Assembly (NCBI RefSeq): GCF_000021865.1
Contig: NC_014034.1
Location: 3,060,001 to 3,092,000 of the forward strand
Length of the DNA stretch: 32,000 bases
Origin: Rhodobacter capsulatus SB 1003
Lineage (GTDB): Bacteria; Pseudomonadota; Alphaproteobacteria; Rhodobacterales; Rhodobacteraceae
Direction: 5' to 3'
Part shown: positions 18,606-25,856 of the stretch, in pieces
Layout: every line of letters begins with the position of its first letter
How positions within the stretch are numbered: position 1 is the first letter of the stretch
Position numbers and translations under genes: made by a program
Notes under the pieces: generated by a model
Database searches by the model: none
Told to the model about the DNA's origin: nothing
What the model saw: the letters and a program-made list of their open reading frames with translations, nothing else

Positions 18606-19323
18606 TGGGAGCCCCCCCCACCTGCTGCAGCGCCGCCTGCTGCACCGCCGCCAGCCGCGCCAGCATCGCGGCGGGATCGGCGGCCTTGAAGATCGCACTG
18701 CCCGAGACCACCAGATCGGCGCCGGTCAGGCAGGCCTCGGCGATGGTCTCGGCGGTGATGCCGCCGTCGATCGCCAGAACCGGGGCGAAATCGGCGCAAA
18801 GCGCGCGCAGCTTGGCCAGACGCGCGGCGGCGGCGGGCACATCGGCGGGGGCGCCGTCGCGCGGATCCAGCGCCAGAACCAGGATCACGTCGGGACGCAG
18901 CGCCAGAAGGCCCGAAAGCGCCGCCAGCGCCGTGCCCGGCATCACCGCCAGCCCGGCCAGGATCGGACGCCCCAGCCGCGCGCTTTCGGACCGGATCCGG
19001 GCCAGCGCCAGGGCCGCATTCGGCGCCTCGGCATGAACCGAGATCAGATCGGCCCCCGCCTCGGCGCAGGCCGCGATCTGCGCCAGCGGATCGGCCACCA
19101 TCAGATGCACGTCCAGAAAGCCGCGGCCGCGACAGGCCGCGACAAAGGCCGGACCGGCGGTGAATTGCGGCACGAAGACCCCGTCCATCAGATCGAAATG
19201 CAGCACCTCGGCCGCCTCGAGCCGGTCCAGCGCCGCGCCCATCGCGGCGGGCGGCGCGGCAAAGACGCCGACCCCGATGCCGCGAGCCCGGGCGCGCAGG
19301 GTGGCGCGCGAAACCCCGTCCAT
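18598..19323 (-). CDS. Ribulose-phosphate 3-epimerase-like protein (LsrE-like), divergent
   Basis: 241 aa. Rpe signatures retained: HFDLMDGVFVP, VHLMV, AIDGGI, VSGSAIF. The canonical (S/T)VxPGFGGQ segment is replaced by ALDPRDGAPAD. Located between lsrG and lsrA. Confidence 0.8.
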   Translation of the reverse strand: MDGVSRATLRARARGIGVGVFAAPPAAMGAALDRLEAAEVLHFDLMDGVFVPQFTAGPAFVAACRGRGFLDVHLMVADPLAQIAACAEAGADLISVHAEAPNAALALARIRSESARLGRPILAGLAVMPGTALAALSGLLALRPDVILVLALDPRDGAPADVPAAAARLAKLRALCADFAPVLAIDGGITAETIAEACLTGADLVVSGSAIFKAADPAAMLARLAAVQQAALQQVGGAPNG

Positions 19324-19327
19324 GGCC

Positions 19328-19645
19328 CTACTCCCCGTTCATCGCGGCGGCATGATCGGGCATGACCATGCGGAAGAACTGCTTTTCGCGCCCGCCGGTC
19401 TGGATCTTCGCCAGCCCCTCGACGACGACGGCATAATGCGCGGTCTTGCGGTGGGCATCGACGGCGGCCTCGTTCTCGAAGGCCTCGTAGATGACGAAAT
19501 GATGGTCGTCCTCGGGGTCCTGCAACACGTCGAAACGATAATTGCCGGGCTCGGCGCGGGTGCCTTCGAAGTTGACGCGGAACACGTCGAAGAACTGCTG
19601 CACGCAGCCCGGCTTGACGCGGATATGGACCAGTTGAACGAACAT
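19328..19645 (-). CDS. lsrG: (4S)-4-hydroxy-5-phosphonooxypentane-2,3-dione isomerase (ABM-fold)
   Basis: 105 aa. MFVQLVHIRVKPGCVQQFFDVFRVNFEGTRAEPGNYRFDVLQDPEDDHHFVIYEAFENEAAVDAHRKTAHY aligns with E. coli LsrG (..GNLRFDVLQDPEV..FYIYEAY..). Strong SD AAGGAGGAG lies upstream of ATG 19645; the track ORF start at 19957 is rejected. Confidence 0.9.
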   Translation of the reverse strand: MFVQLVHIRVKPGCVQQFFDVFRVNFEGTRAEPGNYRFDVLQDPEDDHHFVIYEAFENEAAVDAHRKTAHYAVVVEGLAKIQTGGREKQFFRMVMPDHAAAMNGE

Positions 19646-19768
19646 CGCACTCCTCCTTGTGCGAGCCCCCGCAGCTGCGGGCAGGGCCGCGACACTGCGC
19701 CCCCGGATCGGCGGAGGGCAAAGGCCCCGGGACTCGATTTGCCGATCATTTGTTCCATGGAAGACGTT

Positions 19769-19785
19769 TTGAACACTTCTGTCAA
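19769..19785 (+). promoter_or_regulatory. Candidate LsrR operator 1 (TTGAAC-ACTTC-TGTCAA)
   Basis: Read directly. The same two hexamers recur in inverted orientation at 19894-19912. Each site has a TTGA...TCAA dyad character. Confidence 0.35.
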
Positions 19786-19893
19786 GCGAGACGCGATGAC
19801 CCCCTGACGAATTTTCTTCTTTCTGCACCTGCGAAATAACTGATATGAAAATGAAAATATGAATCGCCGCCGCAACAAGCCGAAAGCAGGCTG

Positions 19894-19912
19894 TTGACAG
19901 GGTGACGTTCAA
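19894..19912 (-). promoter_or_regulatory. Candidate LsrR operator 2 (minus strand TTGAAC-GTCACCC-TGTCAA)
   Basis: The plus strand reads TTGACA-GGGTGAC-GTTCAA, 32 nt upstream of the lsrR ATG. The TTGACA could alternatively be a -35 hexamer. Confidence 0.35.
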
Positions 19913-19943
19913 GTGATCCTTTGACCGACAGGAGGAGCAGACG

Positions 19944-20900
19944 ATGAGCGAGATCACGTCAGCACAGGACAGCGGTTTCGCGCTGGATGCGGAAGAGATC
20001 GAACAGATCAGCCGCGCCGCCTGGTATTATTACAATGACGGGCTGACGCAGAACCAGATCGCCGACATGCTGGGGGTGTCGCGCATCAAGGTCTCGCCGC
20101 TTCTGGAAAAGGGCCGCCAGACCGGGCTGATCGAATTGCGCATCAATTCCCCGCACGAGGGCAGCCTTGGCCTGCAGGAGGAACTGGTCTCGGCCTTCGG
20201 CCTGACCGATGCCCGCGTCGTGCCCACGGCCGAGGGGCTGGCGGCGCCGCCGCGGATCGGGCGAGCCTCGGCCAGCCTGCTGACCCAGGCGCTGGCCCCC
20301 AATGATCTGCTGGCGATCGGCTGGGGCGAGGCGGTCTCGACCACGCTGCGCTACATGGCGCCGGTGTTTCCGCAATCGAATGTCTCGCTGGTCAGCCTGA
20401 CCGGCGGGGTTTCGGCCTATATCGGCAATACCGGGCTTTACGGGCCGCAGGGGTTCGCGCATCTGATCCCGACGCCGCTGCGCGTCTCCTCGCCCGATCT
20501 GGCCGAGATGCTGCGGGTCGAACCCTATGTGCGCAACGTGCTCGACATGGCGCTGACGGCGCGGACGGCGCTGATCGGGGTGGGGTCGGTGGCGCGGTCC
20601 GCCACGCTGGTGCGCTATGGCTATTGCACCGCCTCCGAGATCGAGCTGTTCACCCGGCGCGGCGCGGTGGGCGACATTCTGGGCTATTTCTACGACCGGG
20701 ACGGGCAGATCCTGGATCTGGACCTGCACCGCCATGTCGTGGCCGTCACCCCCGACGGGCTGCGTCAGATCCCCTCGGTGATCGGCGCGGCGGCGGGACC
20801 GGAAAAGGTGGAGGCCATCCTGGGCCTGTTGCGCGGAAAGCTGGCGAATGTCCTTGTGACCGACGAGCCGACCGCGCGCGACTTGTTGCGGAGGATCTGA
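19944..20900 (+). CDS. lsrR: SorC-family transcriptional repressor of the lsr operon
   Basis: 318 aa. RAAWYYYNDGLTQNQIADMLGVSRIKVSPLLEKGRQTGLIELRINSP and GAVGDILGYFYD..ANVLVTDEPTA are colinear with E. coli LsrR. SD GGAGGAG lies upstream. Confidence 0.92.
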   Translation: MSEITSAQDSGFALDAEEIEQISRAAWYYYNDGLTQNQIADMLGVSRIKVSPLLEKGRQTGLIELRINSPHEGSLGLQEELVSAFGLTDARVVPTAEGLAAPPRIGRASASLLTQALAPNDLLAIGWGEAVSTTLRYMAPVFPQSNVSLVSLTGGVSAYIGNTGLYGPQGFAHLIPTPLRVSSPDLAEMLRVEPYVRNVLDMALTARTALIGVGSVARSATLVRYGYCTASEIELFTRRGAVGDILGYFYDRDGQILDLDLHRHVVAVTPDGLRQIPSVIGAAAGPEKVEAILGLLRGKLANVLVTDEPTARDLLRRI

Positions 20901-22465
20901 TGACGACTCATCTGCTGGTTCTGGATGCGGGCACGGGCTCGGGCCGGGCCGTTGTTTTCGACCGGGCGGGCAACCAGGTCGGCGTGGCGCAGGAAGAATG
21001 GCGCCATCTGCCCGAACCCGGCGTGCCCGGCTCGATGGCCTTTGACATCGCGGGGGGCTGGGCGCTGTTGCGGCGCTGCATTCAGGGCGCGCTGGCCAGC
21101 TGCGGGCTGACCGGCCGCGACATCGCCGCGATCAGCGCCACCTCGATGCGCGAGGCGATCGTGCTTTATGACGGCGCGGGGCGGGAAATCTGGGCCTGCG
21201 CCAATGTCGACAGCCGCGCCGGCGCCGAGGTGGCCGAGCTGCGGGCCCGCTCGGCCGGTTTCGAGCGCGACTTCTATGACATCTCCGGCGAGGCCTTTGC
21301 GCTGGGCGCCCTGCCCCGGCTGAACTGGGTGCGGCGGCACGCCCCCGAGGTTTTCGAACGGGTGCGGGCGATCTCGATGGTGAACGACTGGATCGGCAAG
21401 CGGCTGACCGGGGAAATCACGGTGGAGCCGACGAATGGCTCGACGAACGGGCTTCTGGATCTGACGACGCGGCAATGGTCGGAGGTTCTGATCGCCAAGG
21501 CCGGGCTTGACCGCGCGATCTTTCCGCGCATCGTCGAGCCGGGCACGGTGATCGGCGAGGTGACGGCCGCGGCCGCCGCCGATACCGGGCTGCGCGCAGG
21601 CACGCCGGTGGTGGCGGGCGGCGGCGATGTGCAGCTGGGCGCGATCGGGCTGGGCGTGGTCGAACTTGGCGCGGCGGCGGTTCTGGGGGGTACTTTCTGG
21701 CAGCAGGTGGTGAACATCCCGCAGGGCAAGGTGGATGAAACCATGCGGCTGCGGGTGAATGCGGCGGCGCTGCCGGGGATGAACCAGGCCGAGGCGCTGA
21801 CCTTTTTCGTCGGCCTGACGGCGCGCTGGTTCCGCGATGCCTTCTGTCAGGAAGAGGTGCGACGGGCGGCCGAGACCGGCCGTGACGCCTATGCGCTGAT
21901 GGAAGAGCTGGCGATGCAGGTTCCGGCCGGGTCGCACGGGATCATCCCGGTCTTTTCCGATGCGATGGATTTCGGCAACTGGTATCACGCCGCGCCCTCG
22001 CTGCTGAACCTGTCGATCGATCCGGCGGTGGCCAACAAGGGCTCGATCTTCCGGGCGATTCAGGAAAATGCGGCGATCGTCGCGGCAGTGAACCTGGCCC
22101 GGGTCGAGGCTTTCGCGGGCGTCGGCGGCACCGGGCCGCTGGTCCTTGCGGGCGGCGCGGCCAAGGGGGTGCTCTGGCCGCAGATCCTGGCCGATGTGAC
22201 CGGCCGCGAGATCCACATTCCGGTGGTGCGCGAGGCGACGGCCTTGGGCGGCGCGGCGGCGGCGGCGACGGGCGTGGGCCAGTTCGCCACCATCGCCGAG
22301 GCCGGGCGGGCCTTCGTGCGCTGGGACCGGACGATCCGCCCCGACGCGACCAATCGCGCGGTCTACGACGAGGCCCGCGGGCGCTGGCAGGCCGCCTATG
22401 CGGCGCAAAAGGCGCTGGTCGATGCCGGGCTGACCACCTCGATGTGGCGCGCCCCGGGCAGCTGA
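20900..22465 (+). CDS. lsrK: Autoinducer-2 kinase (FGGY family)
   Basis: 521 aa from MTTHLLVLDAGTGSGRAVVFD. FGGY N- and C-domains. ATG 20900 overlaps the lsrR stop (TGATG). The 5' extension of the track ORF (from 20624) lies inside lsrR and is rejected. Confidence 0.9.
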   Translation: MTTHLLVLDAGTGSGRAVVFDRAGNQVGVAQEEWRHLPEPGVPGSMAFDIAGGWALLRRCIQGALASCGLTGRDIAAISATSMREAIVLYDGAGREIWACANVDSRAGAEVAELRARSAGFERDFYDISGEAFALGALPRLNWVRRHAPEVFERVRAISMVNDWIGKRLTGEITVEPTNGSTNGLLDLTTRQWSEVLIAKAGLDRAIFPRIVEPGTVIGEVTAAAAADTGLRAGTPVVAGGGDVQLGAIGLGVVELGAAAVLGGTFWQQVVNIPQGKVDETMRLRVNAAALPGMNQAEALTFFVGLTARWFRDAFCQEEVRRAAETGRDAYALMEELAMQVPAGSHGIIPVFSDAMDFGNWYHAAPSLLNLSIDPAVANKGSIFRAIQENAAIVAAVNLARVEAFAGVGGTGPLVLAGGAAKGVLWPQILADVTGREIHIPVVREATALGGAAAAATGVGQFATIAEAGRAFVRWDRTIRPDATNRAVYDEARGRWQAAYAAQKALVDAGLTTSMWRAPGS

Positions 22466-22492
22466 GCCCCGGACGCGTCGCGCAGATGACAG

Positions 22493-22518
22493 CCGGGCCG
22501 ATCGGCTCAGCGGCCCGG
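22493..22518. terminator. Stem-loop between convergent lsrK and the oxidoreductase gene (CCGGGCCG-N10-CGGCCCGG)
   Basis: Perfect 8-bp inverted repeat; the loop contains the stop codon (22507-22509) of the minus-strand gene. Confidence 0.35.
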
Positions 22519-25002
22519 TGTCGGCGCGGCGGCGACCTGATCCGCCTGCGGGCGGTGCGCTTTCGGATCGTAAAGCGGCGTCAGGCTGGCCTCGGCCGTG
22601 AAGATCCGCCCCGCCACATCGATCGTGTAACGCGCCGACAGCAGCTCTGCCGCCGTCTCTCCGGCGCGGCAGGGCACATAGCCAAGCCCGATCGCGCCGC
22701 CCAGCGCATGGCCGTAATTGCCCGAAGTAAGCTGCCCGACGATCTTGCCATCGCGCAGGATCGGCTCGTTGTGAAACAGCAGCGGCTCCGGATCGGTCAG
22801 GCGAAACTGCACCAGCCGCCGCGTCAGACCGCTCTCGCGCTTGCGCAGCACCGCCTCGCGGCCCAGGAAATCGCCCTTCTCCGGCTTCACCGCAAAGCCC
22901 AGCCCGGCTTCCAGCACGTGATCCTCGTCGGTGATGTCATGGCCGAAGTGGCGATAGCCCTTTTCGATCCGGCAACTGTCCATCGCATGCAGCCCGCACA
23001 GCCGCAGCCCGACCTCGGCGCCCGCCTTGGCCAGGGTCTCGAACACATGCGCGGCCTGATCGGTCGAGATGTATAGCTCCCAGCCGAGTTCGCCCACATA
23101 GCTGACCCGATGCGCCCGCGCGAGGCCCATGCCGATCTCGATCTCCCGCGCCGTGCCAAAGGGATGCGCGGCGTTGGAAAAATCGTCGGGCGAGACGCGG
23201 CGCAAAAGATCGCGCGCGCGCGGCCCCATGATCGGCAGCACCGCTTCGGCGGCGGTGACATCGGTGATCGTCACCCGCTCCTCGGTCAGATGCCGCCGCA
23301 GCCAGGCCAGATCGCGCGGCAGCGTCGCCCCGGGCACGACAAGGAAGAAGGCGGTTTCCGAAAGCCGGGTGACGGTCAGGTCGCTTTCGATGCCGCCGCG
23401 AGGGTTCAGCATCTGCGTATAGACGATGCGGCCGACCGGGACATCGATCTGATTGGCGCAAAGCCGCTGCAGGAAGGCCGTCGCATCGCGCCCCTCGACC
23501 CGGATCTTGCCGAAAGAGGTCATGTCGAGAAGCCCCACGCCTTCGCGCAGCGCCATGTGTTCGGCGCGCTGGTTTTCGAACCAGTTCTGCCGCTTCCAGC
23601 TGTAGCGATACTCCCGTTCCTGCCCCTCCCGCGCGAACCAGTTCGCGCGCTCCCAGCCCGCCACCTCGCCAAAGACCGCGCCGCGCGCCTTGAGCGCCTC
23701 GTGCAGCGGCGAGCGGCGGATGCCCCGCGCGCTTGCCATCTGCCGGAACGGGAAATGATCGGCGTAAAGCAGGCCCAGCGTCTCGCTGACCCGGTCGCGC
23801 AGATAGCGGCGGTTGCGCTGGAACGGCTGCGCGCGGCGGATGTCGACCTCCCACAGATCAAAGGGCGGCGCGCCGTCGTGCATCCATTGCGCCAGCGCCA
23901 TCCCCGCCCCGCCCGAGGAGACGATGCCGATCGAATTGTAGCCCGCCGCCACCCAGTAGCCGCGCAGCTCCGGGGCCTCGCCCAGATAATAGCGGTCGTC
24001 GGGGGTGAAGCTCTCGGGACCGTTGAAGAAGGTGTGGATGCCCGCCTTGGCCAGCATCGGCATCCGCGCCACCGCCTGTTCCAGGATCGGTTCGAAATGA
24101 TCGAAATCCTCGGGCAGCTGGTCGAAGCAGAAGTCCTCGGGAATGCCGTTCATGCCCCAGGGCTTGGCCTTCGGCTCAAAGGCGCCCAGCAGGATTTTCC
24201 CTGCATCTTCCTTGTAATAGGCGCATTCGTCGGGCACCCGCAGCACCGGCAATCGCGCCAGATCGGGGATCGTCTCGGTGACGATGTAGAAATGCTCGCA
24301 GGCATGCAGCGGCAGGGTGACGCCGTTTTGCGCCGCCAGATCGCGCCCCCACATGCCGCCGCAATTGACCACGTGATCGGCCGCGATATGGCCGCGCGCC
24401 CCCGCCATGTCCCAGTCCACGCCGGTTACCCGGCCCGCGACCGAGGTAACCCGCGTCACCTTCACCTGCTCGACGATCCGCGCGCCCGCCATCCGCGCCC
24501 CCTTCGCCAGCGCCAGCGCGATATTGCCCGGATCGGCCTGGCCGTCGCCGGGCAGATGCACCCCGGCCACCACGCCGTCGATGTTCAGATGCGGGTAAAG
24601 CCGCTGCACCTCGGCCGGGGAAAGCTCGTCGACCGCGACGCCGAAGGCCCGCGCCAACGCCGCCTGCCGAAAGATCTCCTCGCGCCGCTCCGCGCTCAGC
24701 GCCACGGTGATCGAGCCGCAGCGCCGGAACCCGGTGGCAAGGCCGGTCTCCGCCTCGAGCCGACCGTAAAGATCGGCGGAATATTTCGCGAGCCGGGTCA
24801 TGTTCTGGCTGGCGCGCAATTGCCCGATCAGCCCCGCCGCATGCCAGGTGGTGCCCGAGGTGAGCTGCTTGCGCTCCAAAAGCACGATGTCGGTCCAGCC
24901 CAGTTTGGCCAGGTGATAGGCGACCGAGCAGCCCGAGATGCCGCCGCCGATGATGACGACGCGGGCTTTTGCGGGAAGATCGGGGGCGGCAGGATCGGGC
25001 AT
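22507..25002 (-). CDS. FAD-dependent oxidoreductase fused to a GcvT-type folate-binding domain (dimethylglycine/sarcosine dehydrogenase family)
   Basis: 831 aa. N-terminal dinucleotide-binding motif VVIIGGGISGCSVAYHL, a DAO-type domain, then an aminomethyltransferase-like C-terminal half (..YVGELGWELY.., GREAVLRKRESG). Confidence 0.85.
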   Translation of the reverse strand: MPDPAAPDLPAKARVVIIGGGISGCSVAYHLAKLGWTDIVLLERKQLTSGTTWHAAGLIGQLRASQNMTRLAKYSADLYGRLEAETGLATGFRRCGSITVALSAERREEIFRQAALARAFGVAVDELSPAEVQRLYPHLNIDGVVAGVHLPGDGQADPGNIALALAKGARMAGARIVEQVKVTRVTSVAGRVTGVDWDMAGARGHIAADHVVNCGGMWGRDLAAQNGVTLPLHACEHFYIVTETIPDLARLPVLRVPDECAYYKEDAGKILLGAFEPKAKPWGMNGIPEDFCFDQLPEDFDHFEPILEQAVARMPMLAKAGIHTFFNGPESFTPDDRYYLGEAPELRGYWVAAGYNSIGIVSSGGAGMALAQWMHDGAPPFDLWEVDIRRAQPFQRNRRYLRDRVSETLGLLYADHFPFRQMASARGIRRSPLHEALKARGAVFGEVAGWERANWFAREGQEREYRYSWKRQNWFENQRAEHMALREGVGLLDMTSFGKIRVEGRDATAFLQRLCANQIDVPVGRIVYTQMLNPRGGIESDLTVTRLSETAFFLVVPGATLPRDLAWLRRHLTEERVTITDVTAAEAVLPIMGPRARDLLRRVSPDDFSNAAHPFGTAREIEIGMGLARAHRVSYVGELGWELYISTDQAAHVFETLAKAGAEVGLRLCGLHAMDSCRIEKGYRHFGHDITDEDHVLEAGLGFAVKPEKGDFLGREAVLRKRESGLTRRLVQFRLTDPEPLLFHNEPILRDGKIVGQLTSGNYGHALGGAIGLGYVPCRAGETAAELLSARYTIDVAGRIFTAEASLTPLYDPKAHRPQADQVAAAPTPGR

Positions 25003-25069
25003 GGCGGTATCCGGGGCTGAGGGGAACGGCGGGGCAACGGCCCGCCCCTTCAGCTAGCCCTTGCGCGAA

Positions 25070-25092
25070 TGAAATTTCAACATGAAATTTCA
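25070..25092. promoter_or_regulatory. Tandem perfect palindromes TGAAATTTCA-aca-TGAAATTTCA; candidate operator of the XRE-cupin regulator
   Basis: Read directly: 25070-25079 and 25083-25092 are identical 10-bp perfect palindromes, 13 bp centre to centre. They lie in the 188-bp divergent intergenic region. Confidence 0.55.
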
Positions 25093-25190
25093 TTTTTGGG
25101 AATTTGAGGAAAGAAAGTTCATCCCGCGCCGCCGCATGGCTTGAGGTTTTCACCCGCTTTCGGCAGGATGCGGCGCAAAAGGGACCTTTG

Positions 25191-25745
25191 ATGCGCCATC
25201 ATGTCGGCGATGATATCCGCGCGCTGCGCAAGACGCGGGGGCTGACGCTGAAGCGGCTTGCGGCCGATGTCGGGCGCTCGCTTGGCTGGCTCAGCCAGAT
25301 CGAGCGCGGCCAGACCACCCCCTCGGTGCGCGACCTCGGGCTGCTGGCAGAGCGGCTGGGGGTCACGCTCAGCTTCTTCTTCCGCTCCTCGGGCCGCGCG
25401 CCGCAGGAACAGGGGCTGGTGTTGCGCGCCGCCGACCGCCCCAGCATCGGCTCGGCCGAAACCGGTCTGACCGAGGAGCTGCTCTCGCCCACGCTCGGCG
25501 GTTCGTTCGAGATGATCCGCTCGGTCTTCGCGCCGGGGGCCTCCAGCGGCGGCCCGCGCAAGGCCCGCCCGACCGAGGATGGCGGCGTGCTGCTGTCGGG
25601 TCGGCTGACGCTGATCCTCGGCGAAACCGAGGTCGCGCTGGCCCCCGGGGACAGTTTCCAGTTTGCCGGGGCCGATTACGGCTGGCGCAACGAGGGCCCC
25701 GACCCGGCCGTGGTGATCTGGGTGGTGTCGCCGCCGATCTACTGA
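25191..25745 (+). CDS. XRE-family transcriptional regulator with C-terminal cupin domain
   Basis: 184 aa from MRHHVGDDIRALRKTRGLTLKRLAADVGRSLGWLSQIERGQTTPSVRDL (HTH_3), with a cupin-like C-terminus (GDSFQFAGADYGWRNEG). Start set at ATG 25191 rather than 25104. Confidence 0.85.
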   Translation: MRHHVGDDIRALRKTRGLTLKRLAADVGRSLGWLSQIERGQTTPSVRDLGLLAERLGVTLSFFFRSSGRAPQEQGLVLRAADRPSIGSAETGLTEELLSPTLGGSFEMIRSVFAPGASSGGPRKARPTEDGGVLLSGRLTLILGETEVALAPGDSFQFAGADYGWRNEGPDPAVVIWVVSPPIY

Positions 25746-25856
25746 CGGCGGATCGGCGGCCCCGGATCTGCGGCGCCGCAAGACCATTCGCAGTATGTTA
25801 AGCTGTGCGCTTTAAGCTGCGGGGTCTGTCCCTGTGCTCATCTTCGAAGGCCCGGC

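Larger units (their letters stand above)
19646..19943. promoter_or_regulatory. Divergent lsrG-operon / lsrRK control region
   Basis: 298-bp intergenic region between divergent lsrG and lsrR, with an A/T-rich core (about 19811-19864) in otherwise high-GC DNA. In E. coli the equivalent region carries both promoters and the LsrR operators. Confidence 0.7.

Noticed and set aside
14078-19365. Plus-strand ORFs 14078-16204, 16117-17307, 17961-18689 and 18526-19365; 5' extensions of the lsrD (to 16585) and lsrA (to 18698) ORFs
   Set aside because: They are antisense to the lsr transporter genes. The extensions overlap upstream genes, whereas the ATGA/ATGGCTGA coupled starts give N-termini matching the protein families.
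19188-19957. ORFs 19188-19721 (-), 19339-19878 (-), 19160-19807 (+), and the lsrG ORF extension to 19957
   Set aside because: They span the A/T-rich promoter region or are out of frame with lsrG or the epimerase gene. LsrG homology starts at MFVQLVHIRV behind a strong SD.
19959-25153. ORFs 19959-20735 (-), 20765-22408 (-), 22444-23076 (+), 22937-23854 (-), 23110-25020 (+) and 24176-25153 (-)
   Set aside because: Shadow ORFs over lsrR, lsrK and the 831-aa oxidoreductase. No recognisable domains.
25798-25819. Possible CtrA box (TTAA-N7-TTAA) upstream of the MCP
   Set aside because: The two TTAA elements are separated by 10 nt, not 7. The element is kept only as an unexplained direct repeat.
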